From Acidimicrobiales bacterium (lineage in GTDB: Bacteria > Actinomycetota > Acidimicrobiia > Acidimicrobiales > RAAP-2): 39,738 bases of DNA. The position numbers and the translations under genes are program-made. Where the stretch lies: contig JBOGFX010000081.1 of NCBI GenBank assembly GCA_050743805.1, positions 1 through 39,738 of the forward strand, given 5' to 3'. This document shows positions 22,201 to 29,928 of this stretch, piece by piece. The notes beneath the pieces were generated by a model. The model was not told where the DNA came from. It searched no databases and saw nothing but the letters and a program-made list of their open reading frames with translations. Every line of letters starts with the position of its first letter. Position 1 is the first letter of the stretch.

Positions 22201-22389
22201 GTGGTGCAGGCCCGGTTTGCCATTGGCAGTCGGCGGACCCTCGTAGAACACCCACCGCGGGGCCCCCTCTCGCAGCTCCACCGACCGTCGGAAGATCTCG
22301 TTGGCCTCCCAACGACCCAGCTCAGCCTTCTCGAGCGCGACGAAGTCGACGCCGGCTGCGACAGGTCTGAATCTGTGGATCTCGGGCAC
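19213..22389 (-). CDS. ileS: isoleucyl-tRNA synthetase (long, type 2 form)
   Basis: 1058 aa of the class I aaRS type, with the HIGH-type region PPTANGKPGLHHAWARAYKD, the KMSKS-type KASKSLGN and a CP1 editing domain. It uses a GTG start. Confidence 0.95.
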   Translation of the reverse strand: MPEIHRFRPVAAGVDFVALEKAELGRWEANEIFRRSVELREGAPRWVFYEGPPTANGKPGLHHAWARAYKDLFCRYRTMAGYQVDRRAGWDTHGLPVEVEVEKQLGIRGKRQIEEEVGIAKFVALCRESVKSYVADWRDLTVRMGYWVDLDNAYWTLDTSFVESVWWHLRRLFDQGLLYEGIKVVPYCPRCGTGLSSHELGQEDVYSPIEDESAYVRFPLEGGGDLAGEPSALLVWTTTPWTLVSNTGVAVNPELSYAVVDGMVVAEELVEEVFGDGAAVQARLSGRDLVGLRYERPFDLVEVSGEGESSKVVGADFVTIDEGTGLVHLAPAFGEVDRQVGNAQGLVTLNPVGPDGRFTDAAGWLAGREVRDANHAINDDLASRGLLLERRIHVHAYPHCWRCWTPLIYWGKPSWYVATSSRKVDLLAANETIDWHPAHIKRGRFGEWLSNNVDWALSRDRFWGTPLPIWRCSWGHVTCIGSLSELSELAGRDLSDLDLHRPSIDEVEIGCAPCADRGRPAVAARRVEAVIDAWFDSGSMPAASVGYPSTQGSSERFEYPADFISEAIDQTRGWFYSLLAVNQLVFGSAPYKHVVCLGHIVDDQGRKASKSLGNMLDPWEVLETRGADPMRWWMFAQGSPWTSTQAKLSAIDTTMRETLLTLWNTFSFFTTYAAANNFDQSDPQIPPSAERPALDRWLISRVTSVTAQVSDALDSYDPYRAAGHLATLVDELSNWFVRRSRRRFWHTDPNAPESDSLSAHATLLEALIALCLLFAPFCPFVADFMWRELTSAAESDSVHLRDWPNVDPSNLDLVLEAEMAQARRLSSLGRAARSEAGIKVRQPLRRAFLLLAPGAPALLEDLVADELNVDGLEVATELQELVEFEIIPNFRALGPRLGRRVQALRAALESLDAGQVARALEEGRSVRVQLEAEIVELSPQDVELRARPQPGRAVSRQGSEVVALDVDIDEDLARRGLMRDVIRQVQDLRKEAGLDVTDRIRLVLSGAEALSDHLDVLAEEVLAVQIDLGEGAGLPNELTLGDRSARVWIEKVSTAVAE

Positions 22390-22545
22390 GGTGGTGGGCT
22401 GTTTGGAGGCGGCGTCTAACAGGTGAGCGGAGTCCCACCCGTGAGGATGCCGTTGAGCCTACGCCCGGGACCACTCGTGCCATCAAAGACCCCGAGTCCC
22501 ACGATCCCCCCAGAAGCGAAGCCTTCGCGCGTTTGTCTCATCGCT
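22390..22545 (-). promoter_or_regulatory. candidate T-box riboswitch leader (Ile specifier) of ileS
   Basis: Minus-strand RNA in the 192-nt spacer starts a helix with GCGAUGAGAC...GUCUUUGAUGGC (K-turn-like, as at the base of T-box Stem I). It contains AUC triplets (GGGGGGAUCG, GGCAUCC) and a T-box-like GGGUGGGACUCCGC. CACGGGUGGG can alternatively pair with CCCAC-CA-CCGUG, which includes the GUG start. No Shine-Dalgarno is visible. ileS T-boxes are known in Actinobacteria. Confidence 0.5.
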
Positions 22546-22581
22546 TGGACCGAGAGACCGCGACGTCGAGTGGTCGGTGGA

Positions 22582-23301
22582 TCAAGACGACGTCGGGCGG
22601 TCCGGCACGGTCGGCCAACTGTCGCGCAGCCTCGACGTCAGTCGCTTGTACAAGGACTCGTCGGCCTCTGCGAGCGAGCCGAGAACGGCATCGGCGATCG
22701 CGAACTCTGGGCTGTGGGCATCGGCGGGGTCGGGCACGGCGACACAAACCATGCGCGCCGCCTTTGCCGCCAGCACGCCTGCAGCGGCGTCCTCCCATGC
22801 AATTGCGGCGCTCGGGTCAACCCCGAGCTTTCTCGCCGCGCTCAGATAGACGCCGGGATGGGGCTTTCCATGGGGCTCGTCCTCGGCGGAATGGACCACC
22901 TCGAAGTCCTGATCGAAGCCGAAGTGCTCCAGCACGAGGCGGATCAGCCGGTACTCGGACGAAGATGCGAGACCCAGCGCCAGGCCGTGCCTTCGGCAGA
23001 GCTCGATCGCCTCTCGGGCTCCGGGGCGGACCTGCCCGCGCTCGGTCACCAGCTCGCAGACCCGATCCACCACTAGGGTCGCGACCGCGTCAGGGGCGGG
23101 GGAGGCCCAGGGGAACTGGCGGTGCCAGAACGCCATGACCTCACGAACGAACATCCCCTTGGTGTTACGGCATTGGGTCGGGTCGATCGGGACACCGAGG
23201 GCTCCAAGGATCTCGACCTCAGCGAGCTGCCAGAGCGGCTCAGAGTCGACGAGGAGCCCGTCCATGTCGAAGATGGAGGCCGAGAAAGCTGGCTGCTGCA
23301 C
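22582..23301 (-). CDS. HAD-IA family phosphatase (sugar-phosphate phosphatase / beta-phosphoglucomutase-like)
   Basis: Motif I is FDMDGLLVDSE; later motifs are LASSS and WEDAAAGVLAAKAARM. GTG 23301 lies 10 codons before motif I and downstream of the gpx stop, so it is preferred over the ORF-track start 23406, which overlaps gpx. Confidence 0.85.
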   Translation of the reverse strand: MQQPAFSASIFDMDGLLVDSEPLWQLAEVEILGALGVPIDPTQCRNTKGMFVREVMAFWHRQFPWASPAPDAVATLVVDRVCELVTERGQVRPGAREAIELCRRHGLALGLASSSEYRLIRLVLEHFGFDQDFEVVHSAEDEPHGKPHPGVYLSAARKLGVDPSAAIAWEDAAAGVLAAKAARMVCVAVPDPADAHSPEFAIADAVLGSLAEADESLYKRLTSRLRDSWPTVPDRPTSS

Positions 23302-23320
23302 GAAACAAGCGCGTCCGGCG

Positions 23321-23809
23321 TCAGGCGGGAAGGTTCGCCTCAATCGCCACCAGCACGGCAGGGTCCTGCGGCTGGACCATGGGGCGGAACCGAGCGACAA
23401 CCTCACCCTGAGGTGAGATCAGGAATTTCTCGAAGTTCCACATGATGTCGCCAGCGTTGCCTTCTGCGTCCGCGTGGGCGCATAGCTCCTCGTAGATCCG
23501 ATGGCGGTTCTTCCCATTGACCTCGATCTTTTCGAACATTGGAAACGAGACCCCATAGGTCGTGGTGCAGAACTCAGAGATCTCTTCGGGGGTTCCGGGC
23601 TCCTGCCCGCCGAACTGGTTGCATGGGAACCCGAGCACCGAAAAACCGCGGTCGGCATGGGTCTTTTGAAGCCTCTCCAACCCCTCGTACTGAGGGGTGA
23701 GCCCACACCTGGAGGCGACGTTCACCACCAACAGCGCCTTGCCCTCGAACGTGGCGAGCGACGAGGTTGTCCCGTCGAGCATGCGGACAGGGAGGTCGTA
23801 AAGGGTCAT
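23321..23809 (-). CDS. glutathione peroxidase family protein (Cys-type)
   Basis: 162 aa: LLVVNVASRCGLTPQY, LGFPCNQFGGQEPG and WNFEKFL are the three GPx signature blocks. Confidence 0.95.
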   Translation of the reverse strand: MTLYDLPVRMLDGTTSSLATFEGKALLVVNVASRCGLTPQYEGLERLQKTHADRGFSVLGFPCNQFGGQEPGTPEEISEFCTTTYGVSFPMFEKIEVNGKNRHRIYEELCAHADAEGNAGDIMWNFEKFLISPQGEVVARFRPMVQPQDPAVLVAIEANLPA

Positions 23810-23911
23810 GGCCGAACGCTAATCGAGCCGGGCGACCTTGGACCCGAGCACCGAGGCGACAACGAGCCCAACCTTTGGCAGCCTGGGAAGAACCCGAAGG
23901 GGAGGTCGCCC

Positions 23912-24862
23912 ATGCGAGCGGTGGTCATAAGCGAGGGACGGCTCGACTGGCTCGAGCGCCCAGATCCGGTGCCGGCCAGCCACGAGATCTGCGTGGCGGT
24001 CCGCGCCGCGGGCCTCAACGGCGCTGACCTCCTGCAGCGTCGCGGCCGCTATCGCGCTCCTGCGGGGTCCCCACAGGAGATACCAGGCCTAGAAATGGCA
24101 GGTGAGGTGGTCGCGCTCGGTGCCGAGGTCTCGCGATTCGGCCTTGGCGACCGGGTGATGGCTCTGTTGGGAGGCGGCGCGCAGGCCGAGCTTGCGGTGA
24201 TCGACGAGAGGCACGCTATGAGGGCGCCGGAATCGATCACCTGGAGCGAGGCGGGAGCATTCCCCGAGACCTTCTGCACCGCTCACGACGCCCTGTTCGC
24301 CCAATGTGGGCTCAGCGCCCAAGAGCGTGTCCTGATCACGGGGGCCGCGGGGGGCGTGGGAACCGCGGCCGTCCAACTCGCCAGTCTGCGCGGAGCGAAA
24401 GTGATCGCCGCGGTTCGCGACGCCGAGCACCGCGTCCAGGTGGGCGAGCTGGGCGCCGACGAGGTGATCGACCCCGCAGAGATCGACCGGCACGGGCCCT
24501 ATGACGTCGTCCTCGAGCTCGTCGGCGCAGCGAGCCTCCCGGCCGCGCTGGGCCAGCTGGCGAAGCTGGGTAGGGTGGCGGTCATCGGCGTCGGCAGCGG
24601 CGCCCGTGTGGAGCTGGACCTCTCTCGTCTCATGGTCAGCCGGGGGAGGATCGGTGGTTCCACCTTGAGGTCCCGCACCCTCCTGGAGAAGGCGGAGGTC
24701 ATCGAGCGGATCGCAGACGAGGTTCTCCCCTACCTGACCGACGGCCGCCTCAGGGTGCCGATATGGTCAACCTTCGGCTTCGATGACGCCCAAGCCGCCT
24801 ACGACTGCTTCGACGCGGGAGGAAAGCTCGGAAAGGTGGTGCTGATCGACGAGCCATCCTGA
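23912..24862 (+). CDS. NADPH:quinone oxidoreductase / zeta-crystallin-like MDR family protein
   Basis: MRAVVISEGRLDWLERPDP...GLNGADLLQRRGRY...IPGLEMAGEVVALG...ITGAAGGVGTAAVQLA. A GAAGGGGAGG Shine-Dalgarno lies upstream of ATG 23912. The longer ORF-track start (23501) overlaps gpx. Confidence 0.9.
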   Translation: MRAVVISEGRLDWLERPDPVPASHEICVAVRAAGLNGADLLQRRGRYRAPAGSPQEIPGLEMAGEVVALGAEVSRFGLGDRVMALLGGGAQAELAVIDERHAMRAPESITWSEAGAFPETFCTAHDALFAQCGLSAQERVLITGAAGGVGTAAVQLASLRGAKVIAAVRDAEHRVQVGELGADEVIDPAEIDRHGPYDVVLELVGAASLPAALGQLAKLGRVAVIGVGSGARVELDLSRLMVSRGRIGGSTLRSRTLLEKAEVIERIADEVLPYLTDGRLRVPIWSTFGFDDAQAAYDCFDAGGKLGKVVLIDEPS

Positions 24863-25575
24863 GCGCCGTAGATGCCTTCCCGATGGCGCCTAAGGACTCA
24901 GGGTGTTGCCCCGGGCGACAGGCTGGCTGCCTCCCGGGGCGTACCACCCGAGGAACCCCCTTGATCCCAAAACTCCTGAGGCGCTGCCTCCGAGCGGGGA
25001 GAGGCTAACCGCTCGGCGCCCAGAGCACAATGAAAATGAAGAGGTCGTCGATTCCTTTGATGGGTCCCCTGGGGGCACGGCCACGTCCTGTGAGCCGGCA
25101 GGTCGTCCGGGCATCCCGAGTGCGAACCGCCCATAGGTTCCCACGATCCGTTTCCCAACAAGATGCTTGCCGGCACGCGCACCGTGAGGGCAGGGGCGGG
25201 TGGGAATCCGTGGAGGATGCAGACGAGCCTGTGGCCAAGAGATCGCAGGGCTTGGCGGTGGCTTCGGGCGGCGGGCTGAACCACGACCGGATCTCGCTCA
25301 ACTATCAACCATCTCGACTATGGCCCGGACGGTCAACCGAAGGTGTTCGGTTCACTTTCGAGGGTCAAACGACGAATGACCCAATGGACGGCTATCCATC
25401 GCAACGGTCGAACGCACGCCTTTTGGCGTCGGGCTGATCCGGTGGCCCTCAACGGTCCCATAGACGACCTGGGTTAGCGCGGTGTTACTGCTCCAGTGGG
25501 GGGCTCGCAGGAGGCCACGACCCCGACGGGTCTCTCGCGGCGAAGCAGTTTCGGCCGGTTCGTTAACCTGTCCGT

Positions 25576-25884
25576 GTGGCCCGCATCCCGCTCGCTTGCT
25601 CGCTCAGCGTTCACGACGCTGGCACGCGGGTGCAGGAGTGGCGCCGGTTCTTGAACCGCGACGTGGTCCAAGTCGTCCGCGAAACCCGGATCGCCCGCCT
25701 GCGGCTCCAAGAGAACGACGAGGCTTTGCTTTGCGCTGTCGATCTCGCCCGCAGGGAGAAGAGGTGCTGCTCCTTCTTCGACCTGCGAATCGTGACCCTC
25801 CCCGACGCGCTTTGGCTGGAGATCGAGGTGCCGAGGGAGGCCGCCGCCATCCTCGACGAGTTGGTGAGCCTCCGCCTGGACTGA
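25576..25884 (+). CDS. conserved actinobacterial hypothetical protein with CCxFF motif
   Basis: 102 aa: ACSLSVHDAGTRVQEWRRFL...ARLRLQENDEALLCAVDLARREKRCCSFFDLRIVTLPDALWLEIEVPREAAAILDELV. It follows the pattern C-x-L...EW..L...E..CC.FF.F...L.V..P that I recall from a widespread uncharacterised actinobacterial family. GTG start. Confidence 0.65.
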   Translation: MARIPLACSLSVHDAGTRVQEWRRFLNRDVVQVVRETRIARLRLQENDEALLCAVDLARREKRCCSFFDLRIVTLPDALWLEIEVPREAAAILDELVSLRLD

Positions 25885-26224
25885 AAAGGACCTTTGGAAG
25901 TGCACCAGGGTGCTGCCACAATCCCAAGTGACCGAGGACGTCGGCCGCCGGGGAGAGCCGTCGGCAGGTGACCGGTTCCACCACGGTCGAGGTCCGTGGC
26001 GCCCGCTTCTAAGTGCGCGCGACCTCGTGCACATGGGCTATCAGAGCGATAGCCAAACCCACTTCACGAGAGAGCTCTCAGCTACCGGCGCAGTCTTTCG
26101 CATCCACCCCTGGGCTGGCGATCGCTGATCTCGCCGTCCACGACGGAGCACGTGAGGCTGCCCGGGTCGGCGAGCTGCTGGAGAGCGTCGAGCGACGACC
26201 GTGGCCTCACGTTTGGCGCCAGCA

Positions 26225-27001
26225 CTAAGGGGACGCCGACAGCGCACCGTCGAGGTTGATGGCCGCCCCGCTCAAATAGGACGCGCGCGGCGAAAGCAGG
26301 AAGCTGACCACGTCGGCGAACTCCTCTGGATTGCCGACTCGGCCGAGCGGGATTCCCGAGCCCGTGGCCAGCTCCTGGTAGAAGGCCTCCAGCTCGGTCC
26401 CCCGAGCGCCAGCCACTCTCTCCCACTGGCCGCTGCGCATCAGGCCGATCAAAACGGCGTTCACCCTGACCCCAATGGGCCCGGTGTCCTTGGAGAGGGC
26501 TTTGGTGAACGCCATGCCGGCCGCGCGCGAGACCGACGAAGGCATCGAGCGAGCGCCGGGCGTCTTGGCCGCGATCGCGAGCACGTTCACGATCGAGCCG
26601 CGGCTGGCCGCGAGAGGCTCCATGACGAGCCTGCATAGATGAGCCGCCGCACCGAGCTTCAAGTAGAGATCCTCCTCGAGCTCGCGGTCGGTCATATCCA
26701 TCAAGGTCTTTGCCGCACTGCGGCCGGCGTTGTTCACCAGACCGTCGATCCGACCAAACCTTTCCAGGGCCGAGCCAACGAAACGGTCCATGTCCGAGGC
26801 GCTCGTCACATCCGCCACCGAACCGAGCACCCCTGTGCCGTCACGCTCTAAAGAGGCTCGGGCCGACTCAACACGCTCCCGATCGCGACCGCAGAAAGCA
26901 ACGCTCGCTCCCTCCTCGACGAGCCGTCGGCACAGGGCCCTGCCCAGCCCGTCCGATCCACCGGTGACGACAAAGGCCTTTCCCGCGAGGGCAAGATCCA
27001 A
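26225..27001 (-). CDS. short-chain dehydrogenase/reductase (SDR) family oxidoreductase
   Basis: LAGKAFVVTGGSDGLGRAL (TGxxxGxG), NNAG and the S...K catalytic region. TTG 27001 is preceded by a GAAGGAG Shine-Dalgarno 5 nt upstream, preferred over the ORF-track start 27091. Confidence 0.85.
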   Translation of the reverse strand: MDLALAGKAFVVTGGSDGLGRALCRRLVEEGASVAFCGRDRERVESARASLERDGTGVLGSVADVTSASDMDRFVGSALERFGRIDGLVNNAGRSAAKTLMDMTDRELEEDLYLKLGAAAHLCRLVMEPLAASRGSIVNVLAIAAKTPGARSMPSSVSRAAGMAFTKALSKDTGPIGVRVNAVLIGLMRSGQWERVAGARGTELEAFYQELATGSGIPLGRVGNPEEFADVVSFLLSPRASYLSGAAINLDGALSASP

Positions 27002-27151
27002 AGCTTCTCCTTCGACGAAATGTGCAACGACGATAGCTGGGCCGATGTCTGCCCGACGGACTCGACAACGCACTCGTTGCACTGGGAGCACTAGCTCAAG
27101 ACGAGTTCACCACCGGGTGGCCTGCCGCTCGACGCACGACCCCGGGTGCGA

Positions 27152-27994
27152 TCAGGGGAGCACCAGACGCGCGAGTCGACCGGCGGTGATCTTGAGGCCG
27201 ACCGCTCCCATCGCGATCAGGTAGACGACGTGGCCGATCAGCGACCAGGTGAAGATCCCGAGATCCAACTGCCGTATGAGGGTCACCCCTTGGTACAGAG
27301 GAGAGATCCGGACGATCAGCTGCAGCCACCCGGGATAGACGGTCAGGGGGTAGAAGGTCGCCGAGAACAAGAACAGAGGCAGGGCCACGAGAAAGACGAA
27401 GTCGAAGTCCTGCCAACTACGCATGTAAGACGTCCCAGCCATGCCCAGCCCCGAGAAACAGAAGCCCACGCAAAGGGCTGCCGGGAAGCACAACACGGCC
27501 CACGGGGTGGCCACGTAACCAAAGGCGGCCATGATCACAAGGAAGACCCCCGAGTAGAGGCCGCCGCGAACCATCGCCCACATGAGCTCGCCGATGGCGA
27601 CGTCGCGCGGACCCAGAGGCGTGGCCAGCATGGAGTCGTAGGCCTTCATGATCTTGAGCTGGAAGAAGATCTTGAAGGTGCAATCGAATATGGCCCCGTT
27701 CATGGCCGATGCAGCGAGCAGACCCGGAGCCACGAACACCGTGTACGCGAACGCATGACCGCCCACGTGAATGTCACCCACGAGCTTGGAAAGCCCCAGC
27801 CCGATGGAGATGAGATAGAAGAACGGCTCGAAGAAGCCCGAGACGATGAACTTCCATCCGCGTCGGTAGACAACGACGTTTCGCTGGAACACCCGGGCCG
27901 CGCGTCCCAGACCCAGCACCGCAAGGGGCGTGACGCGGGGCGGCGCGGGGTCGAGCAGGTCACGACGGAAGATGGCCCTTGCCGACGTGGACAT
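27152..27994 (-). CDS. ABC-2 type exporter permease (second permease)
   Basis: 280 aa with six predicted hydrophobic helices and the ABC-2 pattern FQRNVVVYRRGW...FVAPGLLAASAMNG...MLATPLGPRDVAIGE...SPLYQGV. The ATG overlaps the upstream permease stop by one base (TGATG). Confidence 0.85.
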   Translation of the reverse strand: MSTSARAIFRRDLLDPAPPRVTPLAVLGLGRAARVFQRNVVVYRRGWKFIVSGFFEPFFYLISIGLGLSKLVGDIHVGGHAFAYTVFVAPGLLAASAMNGAIFDCTFKIFFQLKIMKAYDSMLATPLGPRDVAIGELMWAMVRGGLYSGVFLVIMAAFGYVATPWAVLCFPAALCVGFCFSGLGMAGTSYMRSWQDFDFVFLVALPLFLFSATFYPLTVYPGWLQLIVRISPLYQGVTLIRQLDLGIFTWSLIGHVVYLIAMGAVGLKITAGRLARLVLP

Positions 27995-28815
27995 CAGACA
28001 ACCAGCCTGCGAGCGAACAGGCGCTTCGCGAGAACCGCCCCGACGATGGAGAGACCGATCAGGTACGCGAAGTCCCACCCGGCCGAGGCCCAGTCCATCT
28101 GGCCGAGCGCGGCCATCCGGCAGAGATGGACCCCGTGGTACAGAGGGGTCGCATAGGCGATGGGATGCATCCATCCCGGGAGCTGGCTCAGCGGGAAGAA
28201 GGTCGCGGAAAGTAGGAACAAAGGGATGAGCCCCAATCGGGACACCTGTGCGAAGCCCTGGTCATTCTCCTGGCTGGCAGCGAACGCGGAGATCACCGAG
28301 GAGAACGACAGACCGGTCAAGATCGCAGCAGGAAGCGCGACCACTGCGAGCGCAGAGCGCACGGTGCCGAATGCTGCCATCACTCCTAGATAGGTGACTG
28401 CCGTCAGCACCAGGCGCACCGTCACCCATGCGAAGTGGCCCAGGAGCACATCGAAAACGCGCAACGGGGTGGCCAGCATCGCGTAGTAGGTCCGTATCCA
28501 CTTGATGGCGGCCATGACCGGGTACATCGAGTCGCTCGCCGCAACCTGCATCGCCGATGCCGCGAGGAGCCCGGGTGCGACGAAGGTCAGGTACGGCACC
28601 CCCTGGACACTGCCCACGTGATGGTTGATGAGGTGCCCCAGGCTGACCCCCATGGCCGCCAGGTAGAGGACGGGCGCGAGGAAGCTGGTCGTGAGGGACG
28701 ACCGCCACGTGCGCATGTAGGTGTAGAAGTGGTACCGCAGGACGCGCACGGTCGGAGGCATGCGCGCCCCTTGTGCGTGGCTGATCCCCCAGGTCTCGAG
28801 GTCGGCGGTCGTCAT
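27994..28815 (-). CDS. ABC-2 type exporter permease (first permease)
   Basis: 273 aa, paralogous in pattern to the next gene (FVAPGLLAASAMQV...MLATPLRVFDVLLGH...TPLYHGV). A GAGGTG Shine-Dalgarno lies upstream of ATG 28815. Confidence 0.85.
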   Translation of the reverse strand: MTTADLETWGISHAQGARMPPTVRVLRYHFYTYMRTWRSSLTTSFLAPVLYLAAMGVSLGHLINHHVGSVQGVPYLTFVAPGLLAASAMQVAASDSMYPVMAAIKWIRTYYAMLATPLRVFDVLLGHFAWVTVRLVLTAVTYLGVMAAFGTVRSALAVVALPAAILTGLSFSSVISAFAASQENDQGFAQVSRLGLIPLFLLSATFFPLSQLPGWMHPIAYATPLYHGVHLCRMAALGQMDWASAGWDFAYLIGLSIVGAVLAKRLFARRLVV

Positions 28816-28824
28816 CGGGGCACC

Positions 28825-29928
28825 TCAGTCCACAAGGGTGCGCCCGGTCAGCGAGAGGAAGACGTCCTCCAGGCTGGACCGGCGTACAAACGAGCTCGCC
28901 GGCTGAATCCCACGGGACCTCAGCTCCTCCAAGGATTCGTCGCCATCGGAGGCGTACACAAGGACCCGGTCAGGAAGGTACTCGGTCCGCTGCCCGATGC
29001 CGTCCAGCGCTGCGCGCCCGGGGCCATCGTCTCCAAAGCGAAGCTCGACAACCTCGCGAGTCGAATAGCGCTCGATCAATGCCGCGGGGGTGCCGGAGGC
29101 TGCTATGCGTCCCTTGTCCATGACCACCAGTCGATCGCAGAGCTGCTCGGCCTCGTCCATGTAGTGGGTTGTGATGACCAGGGTCACCCCTTCACTCTTG
29201 AGGCGGTAGAGCCGGTCCCACAAGAGGTGCCTCGCTTGGGGGTCGAGGCCCGTGGTGGGCTCGTCCAAGATGAGCAGGTCGGGCTCTGACACCAGCGCGC
29301 GAGCGATGGTCAGCCTCCGCTTCATCCCGCCCGACAAGGGTTCGACGGTTTCGGTCGCCCTCTCGGTGAGCTGCGCGAACTCGAGAAGACGCTCGGAACG
29401 CTCTTTGATCAGCCTCTTGGGCAGATCGAAGTAACGGCCGTAGATGAGAAGGTTGTCGAGCACGGTCAGCTGCAGGTCGAGGGTGTCCTCCTGAGGTACG
29501 AGCCCGATCCGACCTCGGATCGAGGGCCCATCGACCTCGGGATCCATTCCCAACACCCGAAGGCTCCCGCCGGTCTTGGGCGACATGCACGCGATCATCC
29601 GCATCGTCGAGGTCTTCCCCGCCCCATTGGGCCCCAGGAAGCCGAAGGACTCGCCACGGAAGATGTCAAAATCGATCTCGTCGACCGCAACCATCGACTC
29701 GAAGCGCTTGGTCAAGCCCCGGGCCCACACGACGCGGGGGTCATCGCTCGAGTGCTCGGTCTCAGGCAGGTCGATGGAGGATGGCAAGGTCACAGTCGTC
29801 GCGATGTTCTGGTCTCTAGAGGTTTGGTCCAAGCGCGGCGAGATCTTCCGCCCCCTTCGTGGGGGCCCGACGTAGCCGCGGCTCGAGCCCGATGCCACCC
29901 TAGTGAAGAGCTGGGTCGTGGTCGACAC
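28825..29928 (-). CDS. ABC transporter ATP-binding protein (DrrA/NodI-like)
   Basis: Walker A GPNGAGKTS, signature LSGGMKRRL, Walker B LLILDEPTTGLD, H-loop TTHYMDE. A ~60-aa N-terminal extension precedes the ABC core, with G/C-rich third codon positions. An alternative GTG start lies at 29730. Confidence 0.9.
   Translation of the reverse strand: MSTTTQLFTRVASGSSRGYVGPPRRGRKISPRLDQTSRDQNIATTVTLPSSIDLPETEHSSDDPRVVWARGLTKRFESMVAVDEIDFDIFRGESFGFLGPNGAGKTSTMRMIACMSPKTGGSLRVLGMDPEVDGPSIRGRIGLVPQEDTLDLQLTVLDNLLIYGRYFDLPKRLIKERSERLLEFAQLTERATETVEPLSGGMKRRLTIARALVSEPDLLILDEPTTGLDPQARHLLWDRLYRLKSEGVTLVITTHYMDEAEQLCDRLVVMDKGRIAASGTPAALIERYSTREVVELRFGDDGPGRAALDGIGQRTEYLPDRVLVYASDGDESLEELRSRGIQPASSFVRRSSLEDVFLSLTGRTLVD

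Noticed and set aside
24933-24950. T-box-like CGGGUGGUACGCCCCGGG on the minus strand
   Set aside because: There is no Stem I/specifier context and no aminoacyl-tRNA synthetase or amino acid gene downstream on that strand. It is most likely a chance match in GC-rich sequence.
25094-25112. B12-box-like sequence GCCCGGACGACCUGCCGGC on the minus strand (cobalamin riboswitch?)
   Set aside because: It has a one-base insertion relative to the consensus. The upstream GGUGAAAUCC/CCCGCCACUG core elements are not present, and the downstream minus-strand sequence is antisense to the quinone oxidoreductase gene rather than a B12-related gene.
24863-25575. RNase P RNA, tmRNA, SRP RNA or tRNA in the large gene-free region
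   Set aside because: Neither strand shows GAGGAAAGUCC-type, GGGGCUGA...UCCACCA-type or GGAAGCAGCC-type signatures, or a T-loop GGUUCGAAUCC box. The region stays unclassified rather than assigned.
26082-26210. 42-codon minus-strand ORF (GTG..., SSLDALQQLADPGSLTCSVVDGEISD) just downstream of the SDR gene, with coding-like third-position G/C
   Set aside because: It is too short, has no Shine-Dalgarno and no recognisable family. It could be a gene fragment, but this cannot be supported from sequence alone.
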